Notes under the pieces: generated by a model
Seen by the model: the letters and a program-made list of their open reading frames with translations, nothing else
Database searches by the model: none
What the model was told of the DNA's origin: nothing
NCBI GenBank assembly: GCA_964036045.1
Contig: OZ038378.1
Location: forward strand, 182,962,001 to 183,026,000
Reading direction: 5' to 3'
Length of the DNA: 64,000 nucleotides
Source of the DNA: Eutreptiella sp. 'Long Island Sound 2002'
Taxonomy: Eukaryota; Protista; Euglenida
Shown: positions 11,700 through 24,000 of the stretch, one piece after another
Numbering within the stretch: the first letter of the stretch is position 1
Layout: the number at the start of each line of letters is the position of its first letter
Program-made: the position numbers and the translations under genes

Positions 11700-14000
11700 T
11701 GTTGACAATCAACTGGAGCCATGTGAATGCATATTCAGTTGTTAGTTAATTCTGATATTCCGCCACATTCCCCCAAGGCAGGGTCCCCATTTGTGGCCTC
11801 TTGTGGATACCTGTTGCATTGTGCAAAGAGTGGTGATGGAGAGTACAAAAATGGCACAATGGGCCTGGCTCTGGGTACAACACTTTCGTATGCAAAATTT
11901 GAGCAAGCACAGGTTCTTGCAGTGGCCATATGAAATTGAGAAGATGCGCAACTGTAAATGTATAAATACATGGCAACCGTCTGTTTGTTGTCGTTCCCGT
12001 GAGTTCTGTGGTGTGAACCTAATAGGGGTTGCAGAAGAGTAGACGAAAGGCGAGCTAAGAGAGAGAGTGGGGAACACATGATAGTAGTACATGTTACATG
12101 CGAGTACAATGTAACGCATGGTGCTTTTAATGGCATGAACATGAGCCAAACTGTGGTGCTTGCATGGCATGACACGAGCATGAACCGGTTGGATTATGGG
12201 GCTATGCCCGGTCGGAGAACACGTGCATGTGCCTCGTTCACTCTCTCCAGCTTATGGTCCAGTGAGCAGTCTATTCTTGTGTTGTGCATGCCTGGCTCCC
12301 TTGTGCTGTTTTGCGCTTTACCTGATTGCTTGTGATGTTATTTCGCGCAACATACCATTCTAGAATTCAGAGGTGTGTAGTTGTGGATGGCGGCAAACGT
12401 TTGGGGCAGTCTCATGTAGGGCGGGACTCTGAACTCCACTTCCCCAGCCTGTTTGTAGGTTACTAGGTGCGTATCCACACCCAGCACCTCAACCAACAAC
12501 CTTCCCTCCGCAAGTCCACACCAGGGACCCCACCCCCCGCACTCCAGCAACCCAACAACAGGGTGGTACCATAACATAGCAACTGGTGATACAGCCCAAC
12601 CTCAACCCCACCTGAATGATGGTGGGCAGCGCAGGGGCAGGGTCGACAGGGGGGCAGTAGGATGGCACAAAGCACCACACCGCTGTAGAACAACCGAAGT
12701 GCGTGAAACCGGAAGTACCGCCTGACAGCCCAACACCACCTTCATGGTTTATCTGTGCGTGCCTCCGGAAAACTCCCCATTTTTGGGTGAGGCTGGGCTG
12801 TCCCGTGGTACATTTACCGTGGGATTTTGTAACAGGAAGGGTGATGTCCCTCCTGTGACTGTGCTCTGTGATGGTGCTGTGGGTGTAGGGGAAGGTCACA
12901 AAGCCTCGAGCTATAGGGGAAAGGGGGAGCACAACATGCCTTAACATGTGGCCTTTGTAGACATAGAAACAGATATATCACTTGATTTTCCTGGCCCTGC
13001 ACGAATCGTGGTGGTAGAGTAGACATACACACGCATACCATTAACAATCCTTACCCCTCATGCAAGTGGTTGTAGACACTGTTCTTCTTCTAGGCATTAT
13101 GTCTGTTGAGGAAAAGCAGGCTCTCATGGCACTTTGTGCTGTGCATGTGCTGGGCCGGTGTCGCCTTTTGTTTTTGGGTCATGTCCTGTTCTGAGATTTG
13201 GAGAGGGGTGCCTGTGACTCCTTGCAAGGGTAGGGTGAATGCCAACCACTATTTTCCAAAAGATGATGCTGTGCACCACCGATTTGCAACATTTGGTGGT
13301 CTGGAAGTGAAGGCTGCCGGCACCCACACTGGAGTGGCGCCATTGGGACAGAAACAACACTTGTGAGAAAAGGGACAATTTCCCAACTCTCGCGTACCAA
13401 ATATGTTTCACTGGCATCGACAAATAGGCACTTTCCTCTCGACAACTTGGATACACATCCAGAAGTACCATTCGGCGTACTCAGTTGGCATTTCTTGCAA
13501 CCCCCCACAGTCACACACCCCAGCTAACTCTACTGGGCTGAGCATAGGTCGCAACCAGAAGGTCATGGGATGGATTCCCAGTATGGGCGTGTCTGGAGGC
13601 AGGTGGCAGCAGCCGTGTGTCAAAGGCATCCTTTGCTAGGGAATAGGCCGTGGAGGCAGACTTGCTGCCACGAGTACCCCACTACGCAAACAACACATGG
13701 GGCAACATGGCAATGGCGGGCTCATTGAACTCATACTGTGGAGCTGGCCTGGCAGAAGCCACGAAGCCACCATACCAGGGTGGTCCTAGGGCAGCAAGCC
13801 AGCTTCTGGCCCAAGTGCATAACAGCACTGGTCAAGGGGCACACAGGGATGCACCCCTGGCCCAAAAGGGCTAGCACTATAGGGGGTGCGACCCAGCCCC
13901 AGGACGCCAGTGAGGCCATACGGGCCTATCCAGAGAGCTACCTGGTAAAAATGGTGATCTCCCCACAGTCACACACACACACAGATTGAAACAAAGACAG
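11700..14000 (-). mobile_element. Decayed coding-like element, possibly a DIRS/Ngaro-type retroelement remnant
   Basis: 13350-13400 (gtgagaaaagggacaatttcccaactctcgc) matches 58980 and 59640; the shared minus-strand frame reads CPxxHKCxxCP (gag-like zinc knuckle); many stops. Confidence 0.35.
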
Positions 14001-16861
14001 AGCGTCACACGGGGAGTAAGGGAGGCCGCAAGTCCACCACTAGTGGCAGGAACAAGTGGACCACAAGCTTGGAAGGTTTAGCTGCACTAGGCAGGGATCT
14101 AGAAGGCAAATCGGCGAGGTGATTGGCACAGCAGTAACGGAAAATCCCTCAATAACATAGGCGATCCCACGCCCTGACCGCCGCTTACACTGAACCCTCC
14201 CCCCCTTTTTCCCTTTTGGTAAACACAACACAAGCCAGCATCCACAGCGGAACCCAAAAAAGTTTTTTTACCGGAAGGTGCAGGCACTATGCAGCAAGCT
14301 GATCTCCTCACATACAAAACCTAAAGCACCTCACATGCCGGAGAGGGTGCATCAGCGCGCTGTGGGTGCGCCGTGCCACTAAGGCCAGTTGGCGTAGAAC
14401 GCCGGTACCAATGAACGTTGGCCAGAAGCCGTCATATCAGAAATGGGTGGCCAATTGTTGTGTTTGGGCAGAGATAACAATGTTGGGGTCCGGGAGTGGG
14501 CTGCAAGGCACCTCGTGCATTCAAAATATTGGTGTTACTATATTTTGCCTCCTTTGTTTTTCACAGGACATATGACAATGAATACTGACTTTTTGGGCCC
14601 AGGCAGCCACCACCTGCCGCCTGCTGGGGCAGTTGCAGAAGTGTGGGCGGCCGCAACCATCAATTCCCGAGGGATGAGGTCTTTGGAGTGGAGTGAACCA
14701 TTGTTGCGTGCTAACCACTTAAGCCATCAAGTCCTTGCCTGAAAAGCTTGTGTAGTACACCTGTAAGTGGCATGTCTTCTGAAGTGCACGGTGCACACGG
14801 TGCTACGTGCGGTGCAACTGAGGCACCCTCGAAGGCCATGGGTGCTACCCCCTTGTATGAGCTACGCCCTTGTCCAAGCTACAGTAGGCGTAGGGACCGT
14901 AATAATTGTGTGCACAATTTAATTTAGCACAAAATGTATTGCAGCCACATAAGACATGGGTTTGTCATCACGTTTGCCAATTTCAGCACATGTGGCCCCC
15001 TGCTGGTGCACCAAGATTTTTTTTTCTAGTCTGATGCATCCCATAGGTCCTGAATTGCCAATTTCAGCACATGTGGCCTGTGCACGTGTGTTTCGGCAGT
15101 TGTATGTGTTTCATGCAAGCCACGCCGTTGTCCAAGCTACAGTAGGTGTAGGGACCGTAATAGTTGTGTACATTGGCGTGGCTTATACAAAGGGGGGGGG
15201 GGTAAGTTTGCAAAACATGAACGGGCCTGTGAAGTTACCCTCATGCACTCTATGATAGCCCCCATGGACACACAACATCCACTTACAGAATTATTGTCTT
15301 CCGCACCAATCTATTCTGATCAGGTGCTTAGCCAGCAAATCCACTGCCCACATGAGACATTACAGCAGGACTTTGCTCATCAAGTACAAAGGACCTAGCG
15401 TGCATGGATGGAGTGGACCGCACAGACAGTTGTATCCTAGGAGGTAGGTTGTCAAACACGGCAAATCATTACTGCATAACAGTCAGGTCGGGCAGGGGTG
15501 GGCAAAACCTGCGCAACTGCAATTGTGCATCGAGAAGGGGGGACATGTCGGCCAAAGTAAATGTTGGTTGGTAAACATCACTCAACATCTGTTAGGCAGT
15601 TAGATTGTCACAGCTTGCACTTGCACTGTACGGATAGCTGATTTTCATTTCCTAGTGCGCCGTTGAGTATGGTTCATAGTAGCATGTGGTCCAAACAAAC
15701 GTCTACATGCTTCAAATTGAAACATTCAAAGCTTGGCATATGATGAAGGACTCATTTGGTTGGGCCGCACTTGTGAACGGCATACCACATGCAGCCTACC
15801 ACCAGTGTTCCACAACAAAGAGAACATGGAACAAGCATGTGACCACATACACTTGTAAGCATTTGCCGTATGGCAACCAGGGGAGGCTTCCAGCTTGGGG
15901 TGCAGAGGACAAAATCATCATCGGGAAGCACCACTGGAAATGCTTGGCCAACTGCCTCCCGCGCCACTGGAGTCACCGCTACATCGTGTGGTACAACACC
16001 CAAAATTAGTGTGAAGTCACAAATTTCAGGAAACCCAAGGAAGTCCTAGTTTCCTGCCAAGTCAGAAGTCCAAATCGGATTTGTTTCATGCATTTGAACT
16101 GTGAATGGATGTGAGTGAGCAATCTCCCTTCTGATGCCCTGGCTGTGCTCTTGGTGTACATAGTGGATGCTTAGATCAATTGAGAAGGGATTGTTTTGAA
16201 ACTTGCATGGTGTTCAAAATAGGGTGCTGAACAAGCGAATTTTTCTTGCCGTGTCTTTCTGGCGTGACATCGCGAGGGCAGGCGTGCCTCCACCTCACGT
16301 CCAGCTCTCTCCTGAGGCCACCCTATCTGGCCGTCGGGGGGGGGGGGGCTCACGGAGATTTTGCAGGATCGTCGGTGTGCCACCCTTGTGTTTTTGCTAT
16401 CACAGAGCAATGCTTTAGCCTCCAGGCTGCACCCATTGTCATGTGGGTGCTCAGAGGACGGCACCCTTTTGCTTGTTGAGGGGCGTCATGGCGCCATCAA
16501 GTTCATGGCGTCGCAAGGCCAAGTTGCGATTGTGTGCCAGGGCGTTGTTGGGGCCTGCCACCGGAGATGTGGATTGTCTGTGCAAGGCATGCGTTGGCAG
16601 TCAATCCCCCCCCCCCCACTGGGCCCATGGAGCAATTTCAACTGATGTTTCGCAATAAACATTAGTTCAACCCCGGCAGTAACAGGTCGGGTCACTGTGT
16701 GTGGTATCAGAGGAGACACAGGCTTCAGTAGCAAGTGGGGGAGGGGGGGGGGGGGCAGGCCACAGTCAGTACACTTTGTTCTCTCATCACAGGATAGCGG
16801 TGGATAGGGGTGGACAACGAAATCAGCGAGCGAAACGACACAAAATGTTTTTTCAAGACAC

Positions 16862-17179
16862 CTGATTCATTGTTCAAAAAATTATCAGCAAGGCAAAGTT
16901 TATGAACGTTTGGCGACAGCTTGACAACCTGGCCGAAAATGGACACAATTAGCACCTGTAATCCTCCTACGGTATTTTGTTAGCTAGTCATTGAAGCCAC
17001 ACCTCTAATACAGGTCGAATTCCGACACGGCCAACGAAGTTGAGGTTTAGCTCAAGCTCTGTTAACAAATCCCACTGGTGCGAATCTGGCAGCAATTTCA
17101 TCAGCTGCGAGTTTTTGTTGCATCGGTGAGCATTGCACTTGGTAGCGTATACCTCTCGGGGGCTCAGTGTGCTGCACAT
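16862..17179 (-). CDS. Leucine-rich-repeat protein (RI-like LRR), first two exons: join(17179..17003,16928..16862); downstream exons uncertain
   Basis: LTELELNLNFVGRVGIRPVLE | VVKLSPNVHKLCLADNFLNNES; 74-nt GT-AG phase-0 intron at 17002-16929; next GT donor at 16861. Confidence 0.65.
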
Positions 17180-18080
17180 GGAGTGAAGTGATAGGCCTAA
17201 TACCAGAAGCCCTGTCCCCGCCTTGAAACCGTAACAATACATCGAGGACGGAACAATTACGCAATACATCGCAAACCTCCCTGTCTCGTTGACCATCGGT
17301 GCGTAATAAATGCAGATCACTTGGTATTCAGGCGTGCATATTGGACAGGTTGGTTCCACAGTTTCGAGAAATCAACCCGCCAGGCCCCTCGAAGTCCAGT
17401 GTGTTCGCGTGTGCACCACAGAATGCTCAATGCGCCCTCAAAATGCTACAGAATTTAATCAGAATGGGATAATAATGGTGTACAAATGGGATATGCTTTC
17501 CTCCTTTTCTTCTCCTTATTTTTTTCTGGTGTAGCTTATACACCACCCACCCTGAATGAAGTGTACCACCCCGTTAAACAAGAAATGCACATTTATGCAA
17601 GTTTACGCATAAATGGGCGGCGGAAACAATTTTGCGTGTGAATTTGTGCTTCGCAAATTACGGTGTCTTTTGGGCCTCAACAGGCAAGGAGCGAGGTTGT
17701 GTGTACGTTTACGTGTAAACATGCGTCTATGCACAGCTCTCTTTCGATGTCGGACATGGAACAGGCCGTGACTAGGCGATTTTCATTTGCCAATGTCTCT
17801 GGACACGTTTACCATTCATCGGCCATCTGCTGCTCTTATGCACACTGCTCACCAGCACTGGCGTACTCTCTTCATCCTTTGTGTTCAAAAACCTTGCGAC
17901 GGCTTGCAAGACCCTCACCATTTCCTTCTTGGCCCCTACGACCGAGGCCTTCAGCTTGACTTGTTTCTTGTGCGGTTGCCCCTTCCCCTGCTGCCCTTTT
18001 GCGTGCTCTCCTGCTGCCCACCCTGCCCCCGACGATGTCCCCGATGATGCAGTCAATGTCCATCCTTCATGTAATTTGTC

Positions 18081-21000
18081 ATGACCTGTTGGGTTTTGTT
18101 GCTCTTTGTTGTATCAAGTGCCATAGCACAGGACGAGCTGACAGTGCTGGACTTCGTAGCCAATGGGACCACCGCAATGGCTGGTGAGGCATTGTCTGCG
18201 TACGAAGGTTTTGCCAAAAAGGGACGTAAGGACTTTAGGTCTGCCTTTGCGCAAGGAGTCCCCTTCCCACATCCCACGGACCGTTTGGTCTCAGCAACAG
18301 CATTGCCAACAGCAACAGCGATGCCAACGTTAACAGCAACTCCATCTCTACGTGCAGTTTTCTATGTGAAGTCGGGGCTTTGTACGACGGACAACAGCTG
18401 CTTTAGGAGCCCTTTCTACCCTGCCGACTACGGTAACGGTGACCAATGTACGATCGTCGCCGCAGGCAATGCAATATTGCGTGTAAACGACTTCGCAACG
18501 GAGAGTTGTTGTGACTCTCTAAGCATCAATGGGGTGGCCTACAGTGGCTCTGATGGGCCCTCCGGGCTATATGTGGCTGCTGGGACCGAGATCATTTGGC
18601 AATCCAATGCCGCTGGAACAGCGGGTGGGTTTGAGATCTGCAAGATCACAGGATCCGTGGAGGCCTGTGTGTTCGCGTCAGGGACCAACACCTCTGCCAC
18701 CACTCCCTCTGCCACTCCGCGCCCCACACTATCAACCACCCCATCAGCGTCCCTGTCCTGCACATGTACACACACCCCAAAACTTGTGCCCACAGCCACT
18801 CTTTCAGCCAGTCTGTCACACACAGCATCAGCGGCTTCATCATCCACTGCAACAGTCAGTCCTTCAAGAACAGCGTCCACCAGTGCACCACCCTCTTCCT
18901 CCTTCACGGCGTCGGTCACAGGGTCCGTCACACCATCAACCACTGCGACTGCCCAGCCGTCACCCACTCCAGCAGCCACACTGTCGGCCACCCTGTCAGC
19001 AACAATGTCGGGCACGGCATCAGGTGTTGCATCAGTCATGTTCTCAGTAACACCGTCACTCACTGCACGGGATACACTGTTGGCCTATCCGTCAATTACG
19101 CCGACCATGACTTGCACGCCGATTCCCTCGGTTAGTCCGTCCGCCAGCCCCTCCATCACTCCATCATTCACCACCTCATCTACCCCTTCAGCCGCTCCGA
19201 CATGCACTGCTTCAGCCACCTCCTCGGGCACTTCCTCTGGCACTTCTTCAGCCTCTCGGTCAGCTTCATCCACGGCCACACTGACCACCACCCCATCAGC
19301 CGTCACAACAGCCACCACAACAGCCAGTGCGACATTCAGTTTCACCGCCACATCCTCAGTGTCCGCCACAGCCACTCCATCAGACACTCCATCATCCAGT
19401 TCGTCAGCCATTTCATCAGCCACTCCCTCGGGCAGCTCATCAGCGGCTTCTTCATTGACGTCCACTGTGACATCTACTTCCACAGGCACGTGTTCACCGT
19501 CTGTATCAGCAACTGCATCAGCCACCCTGTCATCCACCGTATCAGCAATTCCCTCATTCACAGCATCAAGCAGCTCATCAGCGACTGCGTCATTGACATC
19601 CTCCGTCTCGTTGTCAAGCCACCCGACGGTGACACCTACACTCACCCTCACACCCATTCCCTCAGCTACTCCATCCCCTGCCCCATCATTCACTTCATCA
19701 TTCACCACCTCATCCACCCCTTCAGCCACTCCGACATGTACTGCTTCAGCCACCTCCTCGGGCACTTCCTCTGGCACTTCTTCAGCCTCTCGGTCAGCTT
19801 CATCCACAGCCACGCTGACCACCACCCCATCAGCCGTCACAACAGCCACCACAACAGCCAGTACAACATTCAGTTTCACCGCCACATCCTCAGCGTCCGC
19901 CGCAGCCACTTCATCAGACACTCCGTCGGGCACTTCAACAGCTGTATTGTCACTCACCATGTCACTCACGTCAGCAACCACCACGTCAGCCACGTCAACC
20001 GCCACATCATCAGCCACTGCGCCAGCGACCATTTCAGCTACGCTGTCCGTGACTCCTTCATTCGGCTGGCCCGTCATCAGCAACCACTGCCCGTTCCCGC
20101 GTTCCGTGTATAACATGTCCCTTGGCACATCCCTGGCCGATTGCAGTGTGGCCTGTGCCCAGGCTGCCCAGTGCGTCAGCAGCCACCATGTCAGCCACGT
20201 CGCCACTTCAGCAGCCACTGTGCCAGCGACCCTTTCAGCTACGCTCTCCGTGACCCCGTCGTCCTGTCCTCCCGTGAGCCCCGGTTGCAGCAGCGACCGC
20301 GACTGTGGTCGCGGGCGATGCTCCGCCGCGCGTGTCTGTGTGTGCCCTGCGCGCTTTGCCGGCGCCAACTGCCGTGTGTGCGAGGCCGGTCGGGCCCCGC
20401 CGGGGAGTGCGACACACCCGTGCCCGAGTGCGTGCCCGATGCAGTGCTACGGGACTGCGACGCGGGCTGATGCGGCACCATCTACAGCAATATGGCCGGC
20501 ACCCGGTACCCGCCCAATGCCCGCTGCCCCTGGCGCATCGCTCCGGCAGCCTTGCGGCCCACGGATGCGGTGTGCATCAATGTCACGCGGTTTTGGACGG
20601 AGCAACACTGGGATAAGCTGTGCGTGACCGCCGGCGCCGCAAGCAGTACGACGATTGGCGACGCCTCATTGCAGTGCCTGAGCGGGCAGCGCACCCCGGA
20701 GACCCTCGTTGGGGCGCTTGGGCAACCGCTGGAACTGACATTCACCTCCGATGCCTCCACCGAGTTCTCCGGCTTCGACGCCTCCGTCAACGTGTGCCCA
20801 TGCGCGGGCTGCAGCGGCTACGGCGCTTTCGTTTGCGCTGCGTGCGTGTGCGACCCGGGCTGGGCAGGGGCACTGTGCGCGCGCCCGCGCTGCCCCCGGC
20901 ACTGCTCCGGCGCCGGCCGTTGTGCCACGGAGGGCTGCGAGTGCTACAGCGCGTGCCCGCCGCACGGCCCCGCAGGCCGGCGTCCAGGCCGTGCCCCCTG

Positions 21001-24000
21001 CGGAACTCCGCGCGGAGGTCGCGCTCACCCACCACGCCACGAACGCCATGCACTCCGTCTTTCGGTACACGGTGACCTCCCCGAACCGGTCGTGGTCCGT
21101 GCGGCTGCTGCTGGGCCTGTGCCTGCCCCCCGTCGGCCGTCTGGGCCATCGGTGGCATGGCCGCGGCCCCGGACCCGCACACGGGCCTGTTCGGCATCGG
21201 TTGGGACCCCGCGGCCGCGGCGACGGCCCCCGCCTCCGCGGCGTTCGCGCAGGGCTGGCGGCCCACGTACGCGCTGGTCCTGGAGGGCGTGTGGCCCGCC
21301 TCCGGGCGCCTGCCGTACGCCCTGCGGGACCGGCTGCGGTACGCCGAAGGGATGGTGCGGGAACCCGCCGCCCCGCGGTACGCCGTGTCAGGCCCGGCCT
21401 GCGAGGTCCGCACCTGCCGGCACCTGCAGACGGTGGAGGTGGACGTGGGCGATGAGGTGCGCTTCGTGAGCCGAGCGGTTGGCGGGGAGCTGCGGCCGTA
21501 CCCGCGCGGCCTGGCCTGCCAGTGGCACGTCCGGGCACGTCGCGCGTGCATGCGGCTGGAGCTGGAGGTGGCGGTGCTGGAGCTCGTCCGCAGGGCACGC
21601 TTGACCGATGCCGTGGTGTTGCAGGTCTCGGACGCGGTGACCAACACGACCGTCCTCCGCTGGGCCCACGGTGTGGCCGCCCCTGTGCAGTACCATGTGT
21701 TCGCACGGGATGCCTTTTGGGTCACGTTCATCAGCAATGCCGGGGGCTACGAGCACGTGGAGGCCCTGGGGCTCGACTTCACGGTGCGCGGGACGGAGCA
21801 TGACTGCGTCACCCCCACTGCCACGCGCACGCAAAGTGTGTCACCGGAAGCCACACACTCAGCGACGGTGGTGCCCACCGCAACCTCAACGGCAACGGCG
21901 ACCGGTCTTCCCACCGCAACTGCAACAGGGTCCCACGCAACTGCAACAGGGCGTCGCACGGCGACGCCCACCACAACTTTCAGCGGCATGGTGCACCCCC
22001 GCTTTGCCTTCGGAGTCCATGAGCTGGACCCTTCCTGCAACGTGACGGCCACACCTGAGCAGTTTGGCTTTGGGACGCATGGCTTGGCAGCGGGGCCCGC
22101 CTCATTGATGCACTGGGGGCACACTGAAGGTGTTGTGGCCTCCCTGTCGGACCTGTCCGTACAGCGCAGGTACCCCATTTCCGCGGATCGCATGATTTTC
22201 AGCGACGTGGCAGATGGAAAGGTGTATGAATTCACTGGAATGCCAAGCGGGAGGCGCCGCGCCTTGACTGAGCTTCCTGAACTTGACGAGGCCGACCTTG
22301 ACCGCACAGCGCAGGTCATTCGGCTGCAGGTGCAGATCGTAGCGGAGAAGGGCTGCACGTTTTTGCCGGTCGGGGCCAAGTGGTGCTGCTCGACCGGTAC
22401 GACCGGTGGGTGCGCGTGGTGCTGGACTCGACGCACGCCACGGGGAGTGTGCAGTACTTGGCACAGAACGGCGGCCCGTACACCCCTCGGACGTGCCATG
22501 ATACCGTCACTGGCCGTTTCGCCCTGGGGGTGGTGGAGTACAACGGCTGCCAGCACCACGTCGTGTACTTTGGGGAGGACGGCCGGACCGTCCAACGCAA
22601 GCCCATCCCGAAGGGGGACGCTGCGCTGCACACACCGCATTCCCGGGCGAATCCGGTGCGTGTGAGCTCGCGGTAAGTGCTCGGCACGCGGCGTGGTATT
22701 TCGCATCGAAGGGGCTGGGCTGGGGCCGCCGGCTTGGCGTGCGGCCCGCGCTCGGGGTATGCGGGGCAGTCACCGCCGCTCCGTACCTACCCACTCGTAC
22801 CCGCACCCCAAGTGCCACGGCGGTGCCGACAGGCACACTCACGCCGTCGCTCCGTCCCGTCCTCCCCGACGTGTTTCCCGATGGGCGAGGGCCCGACGCC
22901 CGCGACTCACCCACCGCCTACCAATACCTCTGCGGGGCCTGGCTGGACTCGCCACGACAACAAGTCCGGCGCGTGCCCGTCCCCGAGGCCTGTGCCGTCG
23001 ACACGGCGCTGTGCTGCCTGGCGTGGCTGGGCCCGCGCCGGGCATCCTGCGTGTTTGACGTGCGGGCCTTCTGCGATTGATCAGCGGCTAGCGCGACCCT
23101 CCTGCAGCGGCTGGAGGATCCGCGCCTGCCTGCGGTCCCGCCGGAGCTCATTCCTGCGGTGTCTTGCCACTGCAGTGGCCATGGGGCGTGCAATGTGGGG
23201 AGCTACGTGTGCGTGCCCGGGTGGTCGGGCACCGACTGCGCAGTGCCGGTGTGCGCCTCCTGCAGTCAGGGGGTCTGCATGCTGCCTGGGGCCTGCAAAT
23301 GCCACGAGGGGTGGCAGGGGCTGGGGTGTGCAGAGTCCACTCCGCACGCCGCCGCCGCTGTGGCAGTCCGCGCCTTGGCGGTGGTATTGGGTGGATTGGT
23401 AGTGGTGGCGGTGGTGGGAGCGGCATTGGGAGTATGGGTTTTGCGACGGCGGAACCGGAGGGGGTGAGTGGCACCTGATCCTAACCCTATACCCACCCCT
23501 AGATACTTCTGCGTGCCTCCGGCTTCTGATCTCCAATATCTCCCGAGGGTAGGCTCGTTCAGTCGCCAGCAGCGTCCTTTTGGGCGGAGTGTTGATACTG
23601 AAGTGCGCATGACGCAGGAATGCGAAACGTGCCACGCCAAACGGGAATGGCTGGCGGAGCGCGAGGCTGACATCACTTGCGTCTCACGGCGGCTGCTCCA
23701 GTTGGTGGACCCGGAGCTGCCAGTGGAGTCGGATGAGCCGCCCCGGGACACGGTCAGGCGGGTGCTGCCGGACATGCCTGAGGCCACGCTGCCAGTCGAT
23801 GTGCACGTCGAGGGTGCTGGCATGAGCAGCGAGGCGGCGATCTTTGCAGACACCCCAACTACGTCCGCGCCCACCTCACCCCAACGAGTTGAGCCGGTGG
23901 ATGTCACGTTCACCACGCTGGGGACCGAAGGGCACACGGGGCCCACCAGGATCGGCGCTCACTACGATGGTATGCGGCTTGAGGGTAAGGTGACCTTGGT

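Noticed and set aside
18539-20368. Long antisense Val/Ala/Asp/Glu-rich ORFs (427 and 174 aa)
   Set aside because: Mirror frames of the Ser/Thr/Ala mucin stalk, open because of codon bias.
22673-22680. GTAAGT splice donor in the surface-protein gene
   Set aside because: Another frame (GESGACELAVSARHAAWYF) reads straight through, and a one-base shift in the G-run at ~22613 explains the break.
20468-23080. UGA recoding (selenocysteine or Trp) at the two in-frame TGAs
   Set aside because: No SECIS-like element recognised, other genes here terminate at TGA, and the same gene also has frameshifts; decay or error is simpler.
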